The notes under the pieces are model-generated. The model was not told the origin of the DNA and made no database searches. It saw only the letters and a program-made list of their open reading frames with translations. Shown one piece after another: positions 34,415 through 42,460 of a stretch of 64,000 nucleotides of DNA (position 1 is its first letter; each line of letters begins with the position of its first letter). Origin of the DNA: a virus; IMG/VR virus record IMGVR_UViG_3300045988_141012; one strand, given 5' to 3'. A program made the position numbers and the translations under genes.

Positions 34415-34585
34415 AACACTTGAGGTTGTTTTGAACGTGGAAGCAAGATGTCGGTTCGCTTTCGGTGTCTTGTGGAGTTCTATGGAGGGTTGTGTGATAA
34501 CCACATAGCGAATAGGCATAGGCTGAAAGAAAACACATTACAATTTTAGGGTAGAGGAATTAAGTTTCCCCTACCCTATTTTTTA
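34415..34585 (+). ncRNA. Candidate structured RNA next to attP (function unknown)
   Basis: The stretch is locally GC-richer. Hairpins include AAACAAC/GTTGTTT, CAAGATGTCGG/TCGGTGTCTTG and TGTG/CACA, and it ends at a strong terminator. The upstream promoter is weak (TTGATT-17-TATAGC). Confidence 0.3.
34548..34585 (+). terminator. Intrinsic terminator closing the late (+) arm
   Basis: Stem AGGGTAG.../...CTACCCT followed by ATTTTTT. Confidence 0.7.
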
Positions 34586-34658
34586 CGCCTTTCAAGAATA
34601 ATTTATAGAAATATAGATTTATTTTCCTTTTACTTTTTAGATTATAATAACACCAATT

Positions 34659-34710
34659 TTGATACCAATTTGATACCAATTAATTGATAAAAGTTGATAC
34701 ATTTTGATAC
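34659..34710. repeat. attP arm-type repeats: TTGATACCAAT x2 in tandem plus TTGATA(A/C) half-sites
   Basis: TTGATACCAATTTGATACCAAT at 34659-80, TTGATAA at 34684-90, and TTGATAC at 34694-700 and 34704-10. Confidence 0.6.
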
Positions 34711-34882
34711 TTTTAAGCCTTTTAGAATTATTTTCCAATCTTTGAGCCCTTAAAAAATGGCTTAAAATAAGGGTTTCTGAGGATTTTAAATTATTTTTGA
34801 TATTATATCACTTTTTTTCTCAGTTGTCCACAGGAAGCTGAGAATGGCTTAAATACTATGTTTCTCGCATTTTTATATTTTT

Positions 34883-34906
34883 CTGATACCAATTTGATAC
34901 CAATTT
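34883..34906. repeat. Second copy of the tandem TGATACCAATT repeats, abutting the integrase stop codon
   Basis: CTGATACCAATTTGATACCAATTT at 34883-34906 has the same unit as 34659-80, about 225 bp away. Confidence 0.6.
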
Positions 34907-36057
34907 TAAACGATATGTAATTCATTAATATAATTAAATAACGTATCATTTTGAATATGAGTATAAACATCTAAAGCTGTTTTAACAGAAGCGTGCCCTA
35001 AGTAATTTTGAACAATTTTAGGTGGTATATTTTTCTCAAAACATTTCGTGGCGAATGTATGACGAAACATATGTGGGTGTATATGAGGAAGAAATTGTGG
35101 TTCTCTATTTTCCTTTTGTGCTAAATCTTCCTCTTTTTTATTAAACCCTATTATTAAATTGTCTAAACTTCTATCCACAGAATTTTTTGACAATGGTTGC
35201 TTTCGTTTACCTACGAATACAAAATCATCACCTGAAAATTTAGTTGTTTTATGAAAATTCAATAACTCTAATAATTCATCCGAAATAGGCGTAAGTCTAA
35301 CTGATGATTTTGATTTTGGAGTTTGATTATATTTTTTAACTTTTACAGTTTGCATAAATGTTTTATTAATTGATATTACTCTTTTTTCAAAATCAACATC
35401 CGACCATCTCAACGCAAGGGCTTCTCCTATTCTTACTCCTGTCATAAGCAAAAATTTATACAAATCAATAAAACAATGTTTTTTGCTTGTGCCATATGTT
35501 AAGAAAGTATTAATCTCATCGTCTGTTAAGATTTTTCTTTTTTTATTTACATCTACTTCATAATTTTTACATGTTTCTAATAATGTTATTGGATTAACTA
35601 TCATATATTTTTGCTTTTGAGCCATTTTAAACATACCACTTAGAACTGTCTTTATATTGTTTATCGTATGAACCGAAACACTTTTTCTTTTCTCATTTAA
35701 AAATTGATTTATATGAAAAAGTTCGATATTATTTATTTTTAAAAGCCCCATTGTCGGTGCGACATGTTTGTAATAAATTTTTTCAGAATTATAGACCGTC
35801 GATGGTTTACAAGTCATTCTTCTTTCATTTATCCACATGCCATGTAATTCATTCATGGTAACAGTATTAGAATTTATACCTAATCCAACAGCATTCTCAT
35901 ATTTTGCTTTTGTGAATTTTTCCTTCACCTCTTTTAGTTTATGTCCATAAATTGTTTTTCTTTTTCCAAAAATATCAGTATATCTTGCCATATACCTTCC
36001 ATCTTTAATTTGACATAAACCTTCTCCTAATTCCTTTCCTTTTAAATCTTTTCCCAT
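34906..36057 (-). CDS. int: Tyrosine recombinase / phage integrase
   Basis: VRIGEALALRWSDVD (Arg), HMFRHTFATKC (HxxR) and LGHASVKTALDVYTHI (His...Tyr). Confidence 0.9.
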   Translation of the reverse strand: MGKDLKGKELGEGLCQIKDGRYMARYTDIFGKRKTIYGHKLKEVKEKFTKAKYENAVGLGINSNTVTMNELHGMWINERRMTCKPSTVYNSEKIYYKHVAPTMGLLKINNIELFHINQFLNEKRKSVSVHTINNIKTVLSGMFKMAQKQKYMIVNPITLLETCKNYEVDVNKKRKILTDDEINTFLTYGTSKKHCFIDLYKFLLMTGVRIGEALALRWSDVDFEKRVISINKTFMQTVKVKKYNQTPKSKSSVRLTPISDELLELLNFHKTTKFSGDDFVFVGKRKQPLSKNSVDRSLDNLIIGFNKKEEDLAQKENREPQFLPHIHPHMFRHTFATKCFEKNIPPKIVQNYLGHASVKTALDVYTHIQNDTLFNYINELHIV

Positions 36058-36144
36058 AATTTATTCTCCTTAATCAAAAAGAAAAATAAATCATAATTTC
36101 TATAACGATTATATTATATAATATTATGATTTATTTTTCAAGTC

Positions 36145-36342
36145 TTATCTACCTGTATTTTGATCTATATATTTATCCAATATCGTTTTATTTGCAAATA
36201 CTCTACCATTTATCCTGCATACATAAGGACAATTTGGTTCAGAAAGCATTTTTCTAATAGTTGTTTTCCCCATTCCAAGATACTCACAAAGATCTGTTAC
36301 AGATAAAAGTTTTTTGTTATTATATCTATTATTAGTCGTCAT
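36145..36342 (-). CDS. Excisionase-family helix-turn-helix protein
   Basis: 65 aa. LLSVTDLCEYLGMGKTTIRKML...CRINGRVFANKTILDKYI fits the MerR-like excisionase HTH pattern. Adjacent to int. Confidence 0.7.
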   Translation of the reverse strand: MTTNNRYNNKKLLSVTDLCEYLGMGKTTIRKMLSEPNCPYVCRINGRVFANKTILDKYIDQNTGR

Positions 36343-36374
36343 ATATCACCCTTTCTATAATAACAATCTCCTAT

Positions 36375-36986
36375 TTACTTATTTGTACTTCCAAAGCCAC
36401 CGTTTCTCTCTTCAACGACATCATCATCAATCACAGTTCCATACTGCACAAAAATGCCCTGTGCAAATTTGTCGCCCCGATTGATTCTTACAATTTTATC
36501 TTCAAGCGAATTGTTTGTCATCTTAATGAAGATATGACCCTCGTTATCACTATTACTGTAATCACTATCAATTATTCCTGTAAGATTGTCCAACCATAAG
36601 CGATACTTAAATCCCAAACTACTTCTCGAATAAATTTTTAACACCCAATTTTCATCTATCAACGCCCTTATGCCTGTTGGTATCTTAATTGTTTCGCCGG
36701 GCTTTAATTCAAATGAAATTGGACTTTCAAAATCATAGCCAGCAGAGCCCTTTGTAGCCCTTGTAGGAGGGTTTAAAAGGTCATAATAGTCTGAAAGTTG
36801 TTGATAGTCATACTTTGTACCAAAAGTGGCTTTCATATCGTTTATAAATTGGTCTTTGGTTACTTTCTTCAAAATAGCTATATCCCGATTGTTTTCTGGT
36901 TTATCTAAAAAATAATGAACCAGTATTAACGCAATAGCTATAATGAGAAGAATTGAATTAAAAGTTGCTATCATATTTTTTATCAT
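36375..36986 (-). CDS. dut: dUTPase with N-terminal TM extension
   Basis: GSAGYDF, RSSLGFKY, GIIDSDYSNSDNEG and ERNGGFGSTNK (trimeric dUTPase motifs). N-terminus IATFNSILLIIAIALILVHYF. Confidence 0.85.
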   Translation of the reverse strand: MIKNMIATFNSILLIIAIALILVHYFLDKPENNRDIAILKKVTKDQFINDMKATFGTKYDYQQLSDYYDLLNPPTRATKGSAGYDFESPISFELKPGETIKIPTGIRALIDENWVLKIYSRSSLGFKYRLWLDNLTGIIDSDYSNSDNEGHIFIKMTNNSLEDKIVRINRGDKFAQGIFVQYGTVIDDDVVEERNGGFGSTNK

Positions 36987-37000
36987 TCTTCCTTTCTGTC

Positions 37001-37588
37001 TTATTCAACTATTCTTCGTGCCGTAGCATAATCACTTCTTGCTGACAAGCTTGCAATTTTTACTACGTCACCTGTTTGAGGAGCGTGAATCATCATTCCG
37101 TCTCCTATGTACATTCCTACATGATGTGGAGATGAGCTATCACCGAAAAATACTAAATCGCCAGCAAGCAATTCATCTCGTGACACATATCTTCCTTCAT
37201 TGACTTGAGTGTAGGTTGTTCGGCTAATATTTACACCTATTTGTCCATAAACATATTGAACAAGTCCACTACAATCGAACCCACTTGGTGTTGTTCCTCC
37301 CCATACATATGGAACGCCTAAATATTGTTTTGCAGTTTCTACTGCTTTTTGATTTAAGGGTGTTGGCGTCGGTGTAGGACTTGGGGTTGGTTCAGGTATT
37401 GGTGACGGAGTTGGCTCTAATGCTTTCTCAATGACTTGTGTTGTATAGTGAACTGACCACACATCACTTATGTCATTCGTCACATTTTCGTTTATATTTG
37501 GTATCGCATATGAATTAATCATGCTTGTCGCAAAAAATAAACTTCCTAAAACTAAACTTACGGTTCTTTTTCCTTTCGTTACTACCAT
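37001..37588 (-). CDS. Secreted NlpC/P60 peptidoglycan endopeptidase
   Basis: Signal peptide, a PTPSPIPEPTPSPTPTPTP linker, and AKQYLGVPYVWGGTTPSGFDCSGLVQYVY...HHVGMYIGDGMMIHAP. It is a paralogue of the domain inside the TMP. Confidence 0.85.
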   Translation of the reverse strand: MVVTKGKRTVSLVLGSLFFATSMINSYAIPNINENVTNDISDVWSVHYTTQVIEKALEPTPSPIPEPTPSPTPTPTPLNQKAVETAKQYLGVPYVWGGTTPSGFDCSGLVQYVYGQIGVNISRTTYTQVNEGRYVSRDELLAGDLVFFGDSSSPHHVGMYIGDGMMIHAPQTGDVVKIASLSARSDYATARRIVE

Positions 37589-37657
37589 TAAATTCCTTTC
37601 TCCCGTTCGGATATAGCAGGTATATATCCTTTACGTTGTTCTTTGAATGTTCCAACA

Positions 37658-37687
37658 TTGACATCAATATCCATAATTTGATATAAT
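37658..37687 (+). promoter_or_regulatory. Sigma-A type promoter (TTGACA-18-TGATATAAT) on the opposite strand to the surrounding genes
   Basis: TTGACA at 37658-63 and TGATATAAT at 37679-87. Confidence 0.65.
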
Positions 37688-37768
37688 TATTTTGCATATT
37701 CTACGAAGTGTGTTGAGCTCAATCTCAACCGACATTTTGTAAGTAGATGCAGAAAGAGAGGATAGTTA

Positions 37769-37987
37769 ATGTCAGATGTCTTGAACATTGCAGTGCAGTG
37801 TAACAGCCCTGAACAACTTATTGCTCTTATAGCAATAATGATATTTGTTTTTGCCTTGACAGTCGTCGTACTTAAAGGCATAATCAGATTTGCAGGGATG
37901 ATTCTCAGCACCATTTTGCATTATCACAATGCAACTGTGAAAATCAGTGGAGCTTCAGTTAACGCTGAGTTAGAGCTCCATAATTGA
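37769..37987 (+). CDS. Small membrane protein (72 aa), opposite-strand moron
   Basis: It has its own consensus promoter, an AGAGAGG RBS, a TM segment LIALIAIMIFVFALTVVVLKGII, and a terminator hairpin immediately downstream. Confidence 0.6.
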   Translation: MSDVLNIAVQCNSPEQLIALIAIMIFVFALTVVVLKGIIRFAGMILSTILHYHNATVKISGASVNAELELHN

Positions 37988-37992
37988 ATTAA

Positions 37993-38025
37993 TGAGACCT
38001 CATTTTGATATGGGGTCTTATTTTC
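37993..38025. terminator. Hairpin terminator between convergent genes
   Basis: GAGACCTC-ATTTTGATAT-GGGGTCTT followed by ATTTT. Confidence 0.55.
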
Positions 38026-38170
38026 CATCTTCATAAAGTGAAGATAATTTATCTTGAACTTCATTATCAAGACAGTATTGTAGAAGCATTTCTTGATAAT
38101 GAGTAAGATTAACTTTGAATTGACTTTCTATGAAGTCTTTTACTCTGTTGTATGTATTTATGTCTGTCAT
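38018..38170 (-). CDS. Possible 50-aa ORF (MTDINTYNRVKDFIESQFKV...)
   Basis: Open frame below the ORF-track cut-off. No SD upstream. Confidence 0.25.
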   Translation of the reverse strand: MTDINTYNRVKDFIESQFKVNLTHYQEMLLQYCLDNEVQDKLSSLYEDGK

Positions 38171-38201
38171 ATTAATCGCAATATAATGTTATGATGATTC
38201 A

Positions 38202-38972
38202 TTAAGAAATCTTCTTTCTTAATATTCTGCCTTTAACCCATCCATTTAAAAGATAACTGTCTAATTCTTCTGGTTTTACTCTCTTTGTATTTATTCCGTT
38301 ATTGACATAAATTCTACCCTTTTGGATATTGCTTATCATGTCTTTAGTTTCTTTATTGTGATGCTTGCCATAGAAGGGGTTATTTTCACCTAATGCAATA
38401 TTGTTTTTAATTCTAGTTTCAGATATTTTCTTTTTAGTATCTTCTGACCTAGATTTATTGAACCAATATGCTTCTTCATGTTTTCCATACATATGATTTT
38501 TACATCCAATTTGAGCTTCACTTATTCTACGTTTTGCATCTTCAGATTGATGTTTGCCGTACATAGGATTATTTTTGCCCTGTTTAGATTTACTCATTTT
38601 ATTTATAGATTCTTTTTTATGTTTTTTATTATAGAACGGATGATTTTCCCCTCTCAGTGCATATTTAGAATTACTTCCACCATATGCAAGATTATAAAAA
38701 TCTTTACTTGAATCAGCTTGATAGAAGTTAATCCAATAAATTTCTTTTAAGTTTAATTCTTCATATGTTTTACACCATTCAATAACTTCACATTTAAAAT
38801 TATCATGTCCAAATTCAGACAACGCTTCTTTTATGAGTTTTCCAGATCCATAATAATATTTATCAAATTCTTTTGAAGAATGCTGACCTATATATCTCAT
38901 TCCACTAACTAAATTTGTGGTTATGTAAATATATCCATAATAATCCTCATCATTACATTGACACTCTGTCAT
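38202..38972 (-). CDS. GIY-YIG homing endonuclease with NUMOD3-type repeats (I-TevI-like), free-standing
   Basis: YGYIYITTNLVSGMRYIGQHS (GIY-YIG), followed by four repeats of the type N(N/H)P(M/F)YGKH...(ENHPFYNKKH, NNPMYGKHQSEDAKRRIS, KNHMYGKHEE, NNPFYGKHHNKETKDMIS). The start is taken at the internal ATG because the upstream 42 nt belong to nrdD exon 2. Confidence 0.85.
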   Translation of the reverse strand: MTECQCNDEDYYGYIYITTNLVSGMRYIGQHSSKEFDKYYYGSGKLIKEALSEFGHDNFKCEVIEWCKTYEELNLKEIYWINFYQADSSKDFYNLAYGGSNSKYALRGENHPFYNKKHKKESINKMSKSKQGKNNPMYGKHQSEDAKRRISEAQIGCKNHMYGKHEEAYWFNKSRSEDTKKKISETRIKNNIALGENNPFYGKHHNKETKDMISNIQKGRIYVNNGINTKRVKPEELDSYLLNGWVKGRILRKKIS

Positions 38973-39043
38973 TAATCTCTGCCACCTTACTTTTATTATA
39001 TCTGGTCTGACCATGAACTCTTGTAAAACCTAGATAACCGTTC
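38953..39043 (-). CDS. nrdD: Anaerobic ribonucleoside-triphosphate reductase NrdD, exon 2 (glycyl-radical tail)
   Basis: It encodes (M)NGYLGFTRVHGQTRYNKSKVAEINDRVSM*. Joined to exon 1 this gives ...CPKCGSSMITKIDRMNGYLG, i.e. the Zn-ribbon followed by the R-x-x-G-Y-L-G glycyl radical motif. Confidence 0.8.
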
Positions 39044-39328
39044 CAATATCTATCTACCGTTACTTTCGTAATATTTACATACGGTTTGGACTATACAATC
39101 TATGTAGGATTATAGTCTCTGAACGTCCCTCATCAGCTTTATCTGTTAAGAGGTTTCGCTGCGTCTGAGCAACTTCCATGCTCGATAATCCAATCCCAAG
39201 AATTTTTATGGTATGTGTTTTCACTGTTCCGCATTCACGTTTGTTGTTTCCAACTCCGTTGTAGCTTCTTGAGGCTCTAAGGACTTCTCCGCAATTTAAC
39301 CTATTTATACAGGACAAACGGATTTTTT
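39044..39328 (-). ncRNA. Group I intron in nrdD (285 nt, no ORF)
   Basis: P1 pairs exon ACAGGAT (39335-29) with IGS GTCCTGT (39315-09), with U.G at the splice site. P10 pairs CCGTTT (39321-16) with exon-2 GAACGG (39043-38). AAATTGCGGAGAAG is P-like. The R element is GTTCAGAGACTATAA, the S element is TTGTATAGTCCAAAC, and the last nucleotide is G (39044). Confidence 0.85.
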
Positions 39329-41433
39329 ATCCTGTCAATCTTAGTAATCATACTGCTTCCGCATTTAGGACACTTATCCATTTCTACTTGTTGATAACCG
39401 CAATCTTCACAATAGCACATCGCAAGATTAACACCTTCATAGAATCCTTTTTCCATTGCTCTCAACACAAGAGTTTTAATTGCTAAAATGTTGTATCCTA
39501 AATTATATCTACAATACTGTATCTTGCCACCATTAAACAAATCCCAAAATCTTTCCTCTTTATCTTGCTTTTCTATTGGTGACATTTGTTCTGACACATG
39601 ACAATGGAATGAATTGCTTACATATGGTTTATCAGATACGTTTTCAATAATTCCATATATTTTGCGGAATTGCTCAACTTGAAGTCCACAAAGACTCTCT
39701 GCCGGCGTTCCATATATTGCATAAAGAATATGGTCTTCTTCTTTAATTCTGTTCGTATAATCATTGATATATTTCATAACTTCAAGAGCAAATTCACCAT
39801 CTTCACGAATTGACTTGCCATTATAAAGCTGTTGTAATTCATTTAATGCAGTTATACCGTAACTCATTGTCATAGGTGGTAAAATTGATTTAATCTTATC
39901 TGTTGGTTTTAAATGTCCACCATATAAACCACCCTCGCAAAAAGCGACAGGATTTACACTTGCTCTCAATTCACCAATATAATCATATGTTCTTTTATGT
40001 AGATTTCTAATCATTTCAAGATAATAATCTAAAACTTCATAAAAATCTTTTGATTCTTTTCTTGCCTTTGCAAGTATCATCGGCAGGTGTAAAGAAACGA
40101 CCCCTAAATTACATCTTCCGTTAAAAACAGGTTTGTCATTTTCATCTAACGGGTGCATACCACCCTTTTCGTACCAAGGGGATAAGAATGCCCGGCATCC
40201 CATCGGACTAACCACTCTGCCATATTTCTTATACATTTCTGGTACATATCCTTCGCCGGTCAAAGATAACCAATCAGGATACATTGTTTTACTACTACAA
40301 TCAATACCAGCATTAAAAACATCAGCACAAGGATATTTTTCACTTCCGTCTCCATGAAGATTTTTATCATACAAAAATACTATTTTAGGGAATAAGACGG
40401 GACGTTTAAATCCTTTCTTACCTTGTCCTTCCGAATGAACTTGCAATAGAGTAATTGAAGCCATTTTACCGAATCTTGACGTTGCAAGTCCTAATGTCAT
40501 CGTAACAAAGGGATAATCGCCTCGACTTGAGCCAACCGAATTTAACTTCATTTCAATGCCTTGCCAACCCTGTTCAAAATCTCTTTTTACTTTGTTGATG
40601 GCATATTGTTCAGCTTCTTTTTCAAATGTTACATCGCTGAAAGCATCTATTATTACTCCATCAGTATTATCAATTATACGTTCTACTTTATAAAACTCAT
40701 CTACGTATTTTTCATATGATTTTTCTGCATATGGCTCTAAAATTTTGTCCACTTCTGGAACAGTGAAGCCACCATACTGTTGTGCAGCGGTAGATAATAT
40801 AATATCCCCCATTACATCAAATGCAGTATCAAGATAATTGGGTTCGTTATACCATATATTACCCATTTCAAAACCACCACGCATGACTTCACCCACTCTA
40901 AACAAATCGCAGTTAAATGAATCCAATCTTGCACTTCTATCATGAATGTAAATATATCCATCTTTCATTGCTTGTTTTTCAGTATGAGTTAAAAAGAACT
41001 TCTTATATAATTCTCCACTTAGTTCGTTATATATTAGACTTCTTTTTGTTGCCACTAACGCTGAGTCTGTATTGGCATTATTTTTATCACCGATATATCT
41101 TATTGTTTGGCTACGTTCATATACTTTGTCCATCATATGTACGAAATCTTTTTTGTAATTTCTGTATTCTTTATACATTTTAGCGACTGCTGGGAAATCT
41201 TCTTCAAGAACAGATTCAACTATATTATGCATATCATAAATTTCAATATTGGTATTATCATCATAGTTTTCTTCTATTCTTACCAACACATCATTTAAAA
41301 TAGTAGCATAATCGGCATCTGAAAATTCATACATCGCCCTTCTTGCTGCTTTATTACAAGCATTGATTATTTTTTGTTCATTATATTCTTCGACAGTTCC
41401 ATCTTTCTTAATTACATTAAACAAACGTATCAT
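39329..41433 (-). CDS. nrdD: Anaerobic ribonucleoside-triphosphate reductase NrdD, exon 1
   Basis: ATP-cone-like N-terminus and a class III RNR body, with C-terminal CEDCGY...CPKCGS. The ORF-track tail IKNPFVLYK* is intron read-through. Confidence 0.85.
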
Positions 41434-41993
41434 TCCTCCATTAACTCATATTCCTTGATTATATCGTCCAAATCCATAGCAAACGCCCTTAAATCAGAAT
41501 GTCTCGTATTTTGTATAATGCAATCCCATTGTTGATTCTTGGCATTTGCAAAAGCTTCTTTGTCATTTTTGATTCTTTCTTCAATTTTTTCTTCGCTATC
41601 TCCTCGCTCCTCCATACGAAGTCTACGAGTCGCCTCATTTGTTTCCACATATATAGGGATAATTTTTCTGTCTCTATATGTATCTTGTAGATGTTTTAGC
41701 CCCTTTATGTCTATAATATAAAAATCAGAATTATTGACTTGTGTTTTTGTCGCCCAATAAACATTTCCATTAAAAAAAGTTTCTGCTACTACTTCATTAT
41801 TCTCTTTATCTTTTAGATATTGTTCAACATTCGAGAATATATGATTAAACTTATCATTTTCATCATTTGTTCTTATTGGACGAGTGGTATTAGATATAAC
41901 TTTTGTATAACCATACCGATTACACATATAATTTACAATTGTATCTTTACCACTGCCACTTTCGCCAACTACACAATACAAGTTTTTTGTCAT
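41430..41993 (-). CDS. P-loop nucleoside monophosphate kinase (guanylate kinase-like)
   Basis: GESGSGKDT Walker A and SNTTRPIRTNDENDKFNHIF (the TTRP.R..E..G..Y.F pattern). Confidence 0.7.
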   Translation of the reverse strand: MTKNLYCVVGESGSGKDTIVNYMCNRYGYTKVISNTTRPIRTNDENDKFNHIFSNVEQYLKDKENNEVVAETFFNGNVYWATKTQVNNSDFYIIDIKGLKHLQDTYRDRKIIPIYVETNEATRRLRMEERGDSEEKIEERIKNDKEAFANAKNQQWDCIIQNTRHSDLRAFAMDLDDIIKEYELMEE

Positions 41994-42010
41994 ACGCATT
42001 TCTCCTTAAA

Positions 42011-42268
42011 TTAAGCTATCATTTTGTTAATAACTGACTTTAGTTCTTCATCTATATCACCTTCTATCTCAACCTTAACCGGAGTAGACAAATCAAGACT
42101 ATACAAACCAAGTATCGACTTACCATCAATTCTATACTTATATAATTCTTTGCCGTCCGCAATATTTCTACCACTACAAACCGTAACATCACCTATATGA
42201 TGTTGGCATGCTACATTGAACTTCTTAATTTTTTCCATTGTATCTATTAAAACAATCGTTTCTATCAT
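42011..42268 (-). CDS. HPr-like protein (HPr fold, no canonical His-15 region)
   Basis: CSGR...YRIDGKSILGLYSLDLSTPVKVEIEGD resembles the SGRY.IDAKSIMGI.SLDL block of clostridial HPr-family proteins. Confidence 0.55.
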   Translation of the reverse strand: MIETIVLIDTMEKIKKFNVACQHHIGDVTVCSGRNIADGKELYKYRIDGKSILGLYSLDLSTPVKVEIEGDIDEELKSVINKMIA

Positions 42269-42441
42269 AGCAATTTTAATCCCTTTCTTTTTCGTGTTAT
42301 ATTCGCTATTGCTCTGTATTTTTTCAATTCTTCAGGAGAAGCCTGTCGAATGACGACTTCTCCACTTTTACTCTTATATGCCCTACATTCACGTTCCAAA
42401 TCAGCGTGTGCAAGCTCTCTCAATCGTGCCTTAGTTGCCAA
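42265..42441 (-). CDS. Small basic protein (58 aa)
   Basis: TTG start, AAAGGAG upstream, and stop overlapping the next ATG (ATGA). It encodes MATKARLRELAHADLERECRAYKSKSGEVVIRQASPEELKKYRAIANITRKRKGLKLL. Below the ORF-track cut-off. Confidence 0.45.
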   Translation of the reverse strand: MATKARLRELAHADLERECRAYKSKSGEVVIRQASPEELKKYRAIANITRKRKGLKLL

Positions 42442-42460
42442 TTATGAAATTTCTCCTTTC

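Noticed and set aside
34388-34905. tRNA or tmRNA fragment at attP
   Set aside because: No T-arm (GGTTCGAATCC-like) or acceptor-stem pattern was recognisable by eye. This needs a tRNAscan/BLAST check.
37515-37914. Minus-strand ORFs 37515-37697 and 37687-37914
   Set aside because: They overlap the NlpC/P60 start region and the + strand 72-aa gene with its promoter. They have no RBS.
39075-39317. 80-aa minus-strand ORF (MSCINRLNCGEVLRASRSYNG...)
   Set aside because: It coincides with the group I intron RNA in nrdD. Its GC-rich paired segments generate the open frame, and there is no RBS.
38202-39328. GIY-YIG endonuclease as an intron-encoded ORF, and the ORF-track start at 39014
   Set aside because: The P10/omega-G analysis puts the 3' splice site at 39044, upstream of the endonuclease. 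Positions 39043-38953 encode the NrdD glycyl-radical tail in another frame, so the endonuclease is free-standing and probably starts at 38972.
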